Shown here: piece after piece, positions 60,263 to 64,000 of the stretch
Position numbering within the stretch: the stretch's first letter is position 1
Layout: every line of letters starts with the position of its first letter
Assembly (NCBI GenBank): GCA_963772835.1
Contig: CAVYYZ010000005.1
Location: 128,001 to 192,000, forward strand
Direction: 5' to 3'
DNA from: an uncultured delta proteobacterium
Lineage (GTDB): Bacteria > Desulfobacterota > Desulfuromonadia > Geobacterales > Pseudopelobacteraceae
Length of the DNA: 64,000 bases
Program-made: the position numbers and the translations under genes
The notes under the pieces: model-generated
Seen by the model: the letters and a program-made list of their open reading frames with translations, nothing else
Databases searched by the model: none
What the model was told of the DNA's origin: nothing

Positions 60263-60751
60263 TCAATATATGAGCGGTATCAGCTTCCTTACACGCTTCC
60301 GGTACGCGGCATACTCCGGGAATTTTTCCAAAAGCAAACGTTCTTCATACCGCGACTTAACATCGAAAAAGAAGAAAAGCAGCAGCGCGTAACCGGCAGT
60401 CAGCCAGCTGTTCAGCCACATACCCCAGCCAAACGCCATCAATATAATGCCGCTGTAAATCGGATGCCTCACCAGTCTGTAGACACCGGTGACAATCAGA
60501 GTTGCATGTTTCTTAGGGATTGGCAGAGGAGTGAGATTCCTCCCGAGATTAACTGAACCGGTTGCGGCGAGAAGAATTCCCGTAAAAAGCAGCGCACCGC
60601 CTCCGTAGCGGCCAATCCATGCATGTGGAGCGGTCCACACCGGCATTCCCTGCACGGTGTGAGGCCCGAATATCAGCAGTAAAAACAGACACCCTTGAAC
60701 AGCAAGATACCACCCTCCCCGTGACTCTTTCCACAAAGGTTTTCCTGACAT
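60263..60751 (-). CDS. Isoprenylcysteine carboxyl methyltransferase / PEMT family membrane protein
   Basis: GVYRLVRHPIYSG, EERLL...FPEYAAY...KLIP. Confidence 0.9.
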   Translation of the reverse strand: MSGKPLWKESRGGWYLAVQGCLFLLLIFGPHTVQGMPVWTAPHAWIGRYGGGALLFTGILLAATGSVNLGRNLTPLPIPKKHATLIVTGVYRLVRHPIYSGIILMAFGWGMWLNSWLTAGYALLLFFFFDVKSRYEERLLLEKFPEYAAYRKRVRKLIPLIY

Positions 60752-60960
60752 GGCTTCCTCGCGACGGGTGATGCTATACCCATTACCCCGTACCGGTATT
60801 GATGGTCTACCTGCACCTGATGAATAATGCAGCAAATATCATACAAAAAATCAGTATGCCAACAGCTTTTTCATAGGACCTCTGCCCGGCCCGTCACCGG
60901 TACCACGTTATTAAGCATGACAAGAACAAATAAAATTTATTAAAATGGCGATAAACTATA

Positions 60961-60976
60961 ATTCAATAATATGAAT
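60961..60976. promoter_or_regulatory. Candidate ArsR/SqrR-type operator
   Basis: ATTC-N8-GAAT (ATTCAATAATATGAAT). Confidence 0.35.
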
Positions 60977-61105
60977 GTCAATATAATTATAGACAATGGC
61001 TGTTACGTGTGTCAGAGTTGACCGCTGATTCAGCAGTTGCATTAAATGAACCCATTACCTAACCATCTGATCTATCTGAATGTTTGATTATTTGCCGGAG
61101 GAACT

Positions 61106-62770
61106 ATGAAAAAGCACCTTATTGTAGGCGGCGTTGCAGCAGGAATGTCGGCAGCTGCCCGGTTGAGACGCCTTGACGAAACCGCAGAGATTATTGTGTA
61201 TGAGCGAGGCGGGTATGTTTCGTATGCTAACTGCGGACTTCCCTATTATGTCGGAAACGAAATCAGCGAGAGGGACGAACTCCTGCTGCAGACACCTGAA
61301 TCATTCAAGCGCCGCTTTAATGTGGATGTAAAAATACATACCGAAGCCGTTGCAGTAGATCCGGACAGAAAGTCGCTCACCCTCAAAAATCTGCTGAGCG
61401 GTGAATTGTATGAAGAAACCTACGATTCATTATTGCTGGCTCCCGGTGGTTCTCCTATTCGTCCAGCCATTCCGGGGATCGAGAACCCCGCCATAAAAAC
61501 ACTCTGGACAATCCCTGACACCGATGAAATTAAAGCGACAGTCGATGGCGGCACAGTCAGAAAAGCTCTCATTGTAGGTGGCGGTTTTATTGGACTTGAA
61601 ATGGCTGAAAATCTCCGCATCCGCGGGATAGAAGTGGCTTTGGTAGAGATGACATCGCAGGTGATGACAGTAATTGACCCGGAGATGGCGGCGATTGTGC
61701 ATCGTGAGCTGAATTGTAACGGCATTGAACTGTTTTTGAACGAAACGGTGACCGGCTTTGAGCCGCTGCCTGGTGACAGAGTGCTGACACGGCTTGAAAG
61801 CGGAATGCGTATTGAAGCGGATATGGTACTGCTTTCGATCGGTGTCAAACCTAATACCGGATTTCTTGCCGATTCAGGAATTCAACTCGGCGCGCGCGGG
61901 CATATCATAGTTGACAGCCATCTGATGACAAATAAAGCGGATGTTTACGCAGCCGGTGATGCAATAGAGGTCATCAACCCATTTACCGGAAAGAATACCG
62001 CCGTACCGCTTGCCGGGCCCGCGAACAAGCAGGGAAGAATAGTGGCTGACAACATTCACGGGGGTCATCCGCGCAGCTACGACGGTACCATGGGAACAGC
62101 TATTGCGAAGGTTTTTGATCTGGCGGTCGGAGTAACCGGTGCATCAGAAAAATTCTGCCGAATTGAAAACATCCCGTACCAGAGCGTCATTACTCACTCT
62201 AATCACCACGCCGGCTACTATCCCGGTGCAACCATGCTTTCTTTCAAACTGATTTTTTCACCGGAAAATCGCCGTGTACTCGGTGCACAGGTTGTGGGGT
62301 GTGAAGGGGTAGACAAGAGGATCGACGTGATTGCCACTGCCATCAAAGCGGGTATGACTGTTGATGATCTAACGGAAATAGAGCACGCCTACGCACCACC
62401 CTATTCGTCCGCCAAGGATCCGGTAAACATGATCGGGTTTGTCGCACAGAACATTCTTGACGGGCTCATCAGGAGCATATCGTTCGATGGTGTCAAACGT
62501 GCCCTGGAAGAGGGGGCGTATCTTCTCGATGTCCGTTCACCAAATGAATTTAAAGCGGGAACCATCACCGGAGCGGTCAATATTCCGCTTGACGTGCTGC
62601 GCAGCAAACTCGCCATACTGCCGGTAGACAGAGTTATTCTGATATTCTGCAAGGTCGGATTACGCGGCTACATTGCCGGCCGCATTCTTTCGTCGAACGG
62701 ATTCAGCACGTGTGTAAATCTCTCGGGAGGGTACGATACATATCGGGCTGCATTCTGCGAAGTGCCATAG
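61106..62770 (+). CDS. cdr: CoA-disulfide/persulfide reductase with C-terminal rhodanese domain
   Basis: GGVAAG, SYANCGLPY, GGGFIGLE, YAPPYS, rhodanese LDVR...FCKVGLRG. Confidence 0.92.
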   Translation: MKKHLIVGGVAAGMSAAARLRRLDETAEIIVYERGGYVSYANCGLPYYVGNEISERDELLLQTPESFKRRFNVDVKIHTEAVAVDPDRKSLTLKNLLSGELYEETYDSLLLAPGGSPIRPAIPGIENPAIKTLWTIPDTDEIKATVDGGTVRKALIVGGGFIGLEMAENLRIRGIEVALVEMTSQVMTVIDPEMAAIVHRELNCNGIELFLNETVTGFEPLPGDRVLTRLESGMRIEADMVLLSIGVKPNTGFLADSGIQLGARGHIIVDSHLMTNKADVYAAGDAIEVINPFTGKNTAVPLAGPANKQGRIVADNIHGGHPRSYDGTMGTAIAKVFDLAVGVTGASEKFCRIENIPYQSVITHSNHHAGYYPGATMLSFKLIFSPENRRVLGAQVVGCEGVDKRIDVIATAIKAGMTVDDLTEIEHAYAPPYSSAKDPVNMIGFVAQNILDGLIRSISFDGVKRALEEGAYLLDVRSPNEFKAGTITGAVNIPLDVLRSKLAILPVDRVILIFCKVGLRGYIAGRILSSNGFSTCVNLSGGYDTYRAAFCEVP

Positions 62771-62784
62771 GACTGCGGTTGCCC

Positions 62785-63399
62785 TCATTGTAATTGAGCT
62801 CGTGCCAAAAGTACCGGATAGCTGCGGCCCCCCTTACTGACGTTCGTGACGGGTGTGACAGAAACGGAAGAAAAACCGGCACGTTCGAGCATGCCGGAAA
62901 GCTCTTCGGCACTGAAGCCGTGATGAAATATGCCGGTCGGATCATCGTGAAAGCTGCCGTCTTCGGATTCAAGATCAGCCAGAGCGATCCAGCCTCCGGG
63001 ATGCAGCAGAGATTTGAGCGACTGCAGGAGCGGCTCGATTTTCTCAATATGATGAAGGGTCATGGCACTGGTTATAAGGTGATACTTTCCCGATGGCAGC
63101 TCCCCGATAGCCAACTCGCACAGTACCGTCTGTACGTTTGAAAAACCGGATTGCTGAATTTTAGCGGTGAGGCGATCAAGCATCCCCGACGAACTGTCGA
63201 CTCCTGTCATACTGCGAAGCGCGGGAGCGAGCTGCATGGTAACCAGACCGGTCCCGCACCCGATATCGAGGGCATCCCACTCCGGTAAAAAACGAATATG
63301 TTCCTGAATGGCAGATGCAATTTCCCCGGCCAGCTTGACCCGGCGGGGTTCCTCGTCCCACTGCATCGCGACAACATTAAAATCCCGACGTTCTGTCAT
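62785..63399 (-). CDS. Class I SAM-dependent methyltransferase
   Basis: LDIGCGTG, GVDSS, MTLHHI, LHPGG. Confidence 0.92.
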   Translation of the reverse strand: MTERRDFNVVAMQWDEEPRRVKLAGEIASAIQEHIRFLPEWDALDIGCGTGLVTMQLAPALRSMTGVDSSSGMLDRLTAKIQQSGFSNVQTVLCELAIGELPSGKYHLITSAMTLHHIEKIEPLLQSLKSLLHPGGWIALADLESEDGSFHDDPTGIFHHGFSAEELSGMLERAGFSSVSVTPVTNVSKGGRSYPVLLARAQLQ

Positions 63400-64000
63400 G
63401 GCAACTCCTCTTTCCTTGAATTTTCCTGAAAAGCACCGATCAGCTGTTCACTGGTGATGACCCCGATTCCTTTGCGCGCATATCGCTTCAGTATATCTGA
63501 CATAGTATGTCGTGATGCAACCGCGTCCATAACGACCACAACCCGATACCCGCGGTTAAGTGCACCGAGAGCAGTGAAATACACGCAATATGCGGCATCG
63601 ACTCCGGTCAGATACAGTTCATCAACCCTGCGGTCAATCAGCAGCTGTTCAAACTGACGATTTGAGAAGGCGTCAGTCCGGTTCTTTTCAAAATCGTTAT
63701 TATTGACCACCCTGATTCTGCGGTCGATCATCACTTTTCCCGTCCGTCTGCCGCCATGCAGGCGGACAAACAGGTTGTTGCTGAAGACCTGCCGGATGTA
63801 CGCAACCTCCATACCGGATTCTGTTGCCAGGTCAATCAGCCGGTTGACCGTTGCTATCATTCCGGTTGCGGGCGGTGCAGTGACCGGCTGCCGGGCATTC
63901 GTCCCTGTATACCCTTCCTGAATATCCAGTACCACGAGTGCCTTGCGTGGATTCGGATAGCTCTCTATTTTCCTTCCTGAAGTGGCCACATACATGCTGC
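63396..64000 (-). CDS. Isochorismatase-family cysteine hydrolase (5' end probably outside window)
   Basis: LVVLDIQ, FEK...DAF, GVDAAYCV (Asp-Lys-Cys triad). Confidence 0.85.
   Translation of the reverse strand, partial: SMYVATSGRKIESYPNPRKALVVLDIQEGYTGTNARQPVTAPPATGMIATVNRLIDLATESGMEVAYIRQVFSNNLFVRLHGGRRTGKVMIDRRIRVVNNNDFEKNRTDAFSNRQFEQLLIDRRVDELYLTGVDAAYCVYFTALGALNRGYRVVVVMDAVASRHTMSDILKRYARKGIGVITSEQLIGAFQENSRKEELP

Noticed and set aside
1..64000. CRISPR array, rRNA, prophage, and the many antisense ORFs in the six-frame track
   Set aside because: No regularly spaced direct repeats or phage/rRNA signatures seen; antisense ORFs lie opposite well-supported genes and lack motifs

Overview
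A 64 kb chromosomal window from a Geobacteraceae-like deltaproteobacterium, inferred from the Cbc5-type cytochrome cluster, an HgtR-like protein, a thiE-thiD fusion and three sigma-54 activators. Positions 1-21 kb are mostly housekeeping: rseP, tsaB, sucCD, dnaE, accA, rluB-like, corC-like, lnt and frameshifted prfB, plus a decaying kinase/regulator/MFS module. Positions 21-33 kb hold a cbcABCDE-like menaquinol oxidoreductase cluster with a heme-sensor two-component system, several small genes with sigma-54-type promoters and a transposase-derived HgtR-like gene. The most unusual region is a ~16 kb same-strand cluster of nine exported proteins (36383-52031) behind a PAS kinase/sigma-54 activator pair. 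It encodes three two-domain cupredoxin proteins whose copper ligands complement one another: one has a T1 site plus half a trinuclear cluster, one has the other half, and one has no ligands but carries a dockerin. It also encodes a 1797-aa beta-helix protein and an S8 protease with the same dockerin-like tail, two lipoproteins and a cohesin-like protein. I read this as a candidate cohesin-dockerin-assembled, surface-anchored, heterotrimeric multicopper oxidase complex. The motifs are seen directly; the assembly is inference. Positions 52-64 kb contain hup, a PilZ protein, tRNA-Thr(CGT), an NlpC/P60 protein, DUF1015, a TPP riboswitch-thiED-thiC unit and a CoA-disulfide reductase-rhodanese fusion. 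No CRISPR array, integrase or intact transposase was seen. All family assignments come from motif recognition by eye, without database searches.
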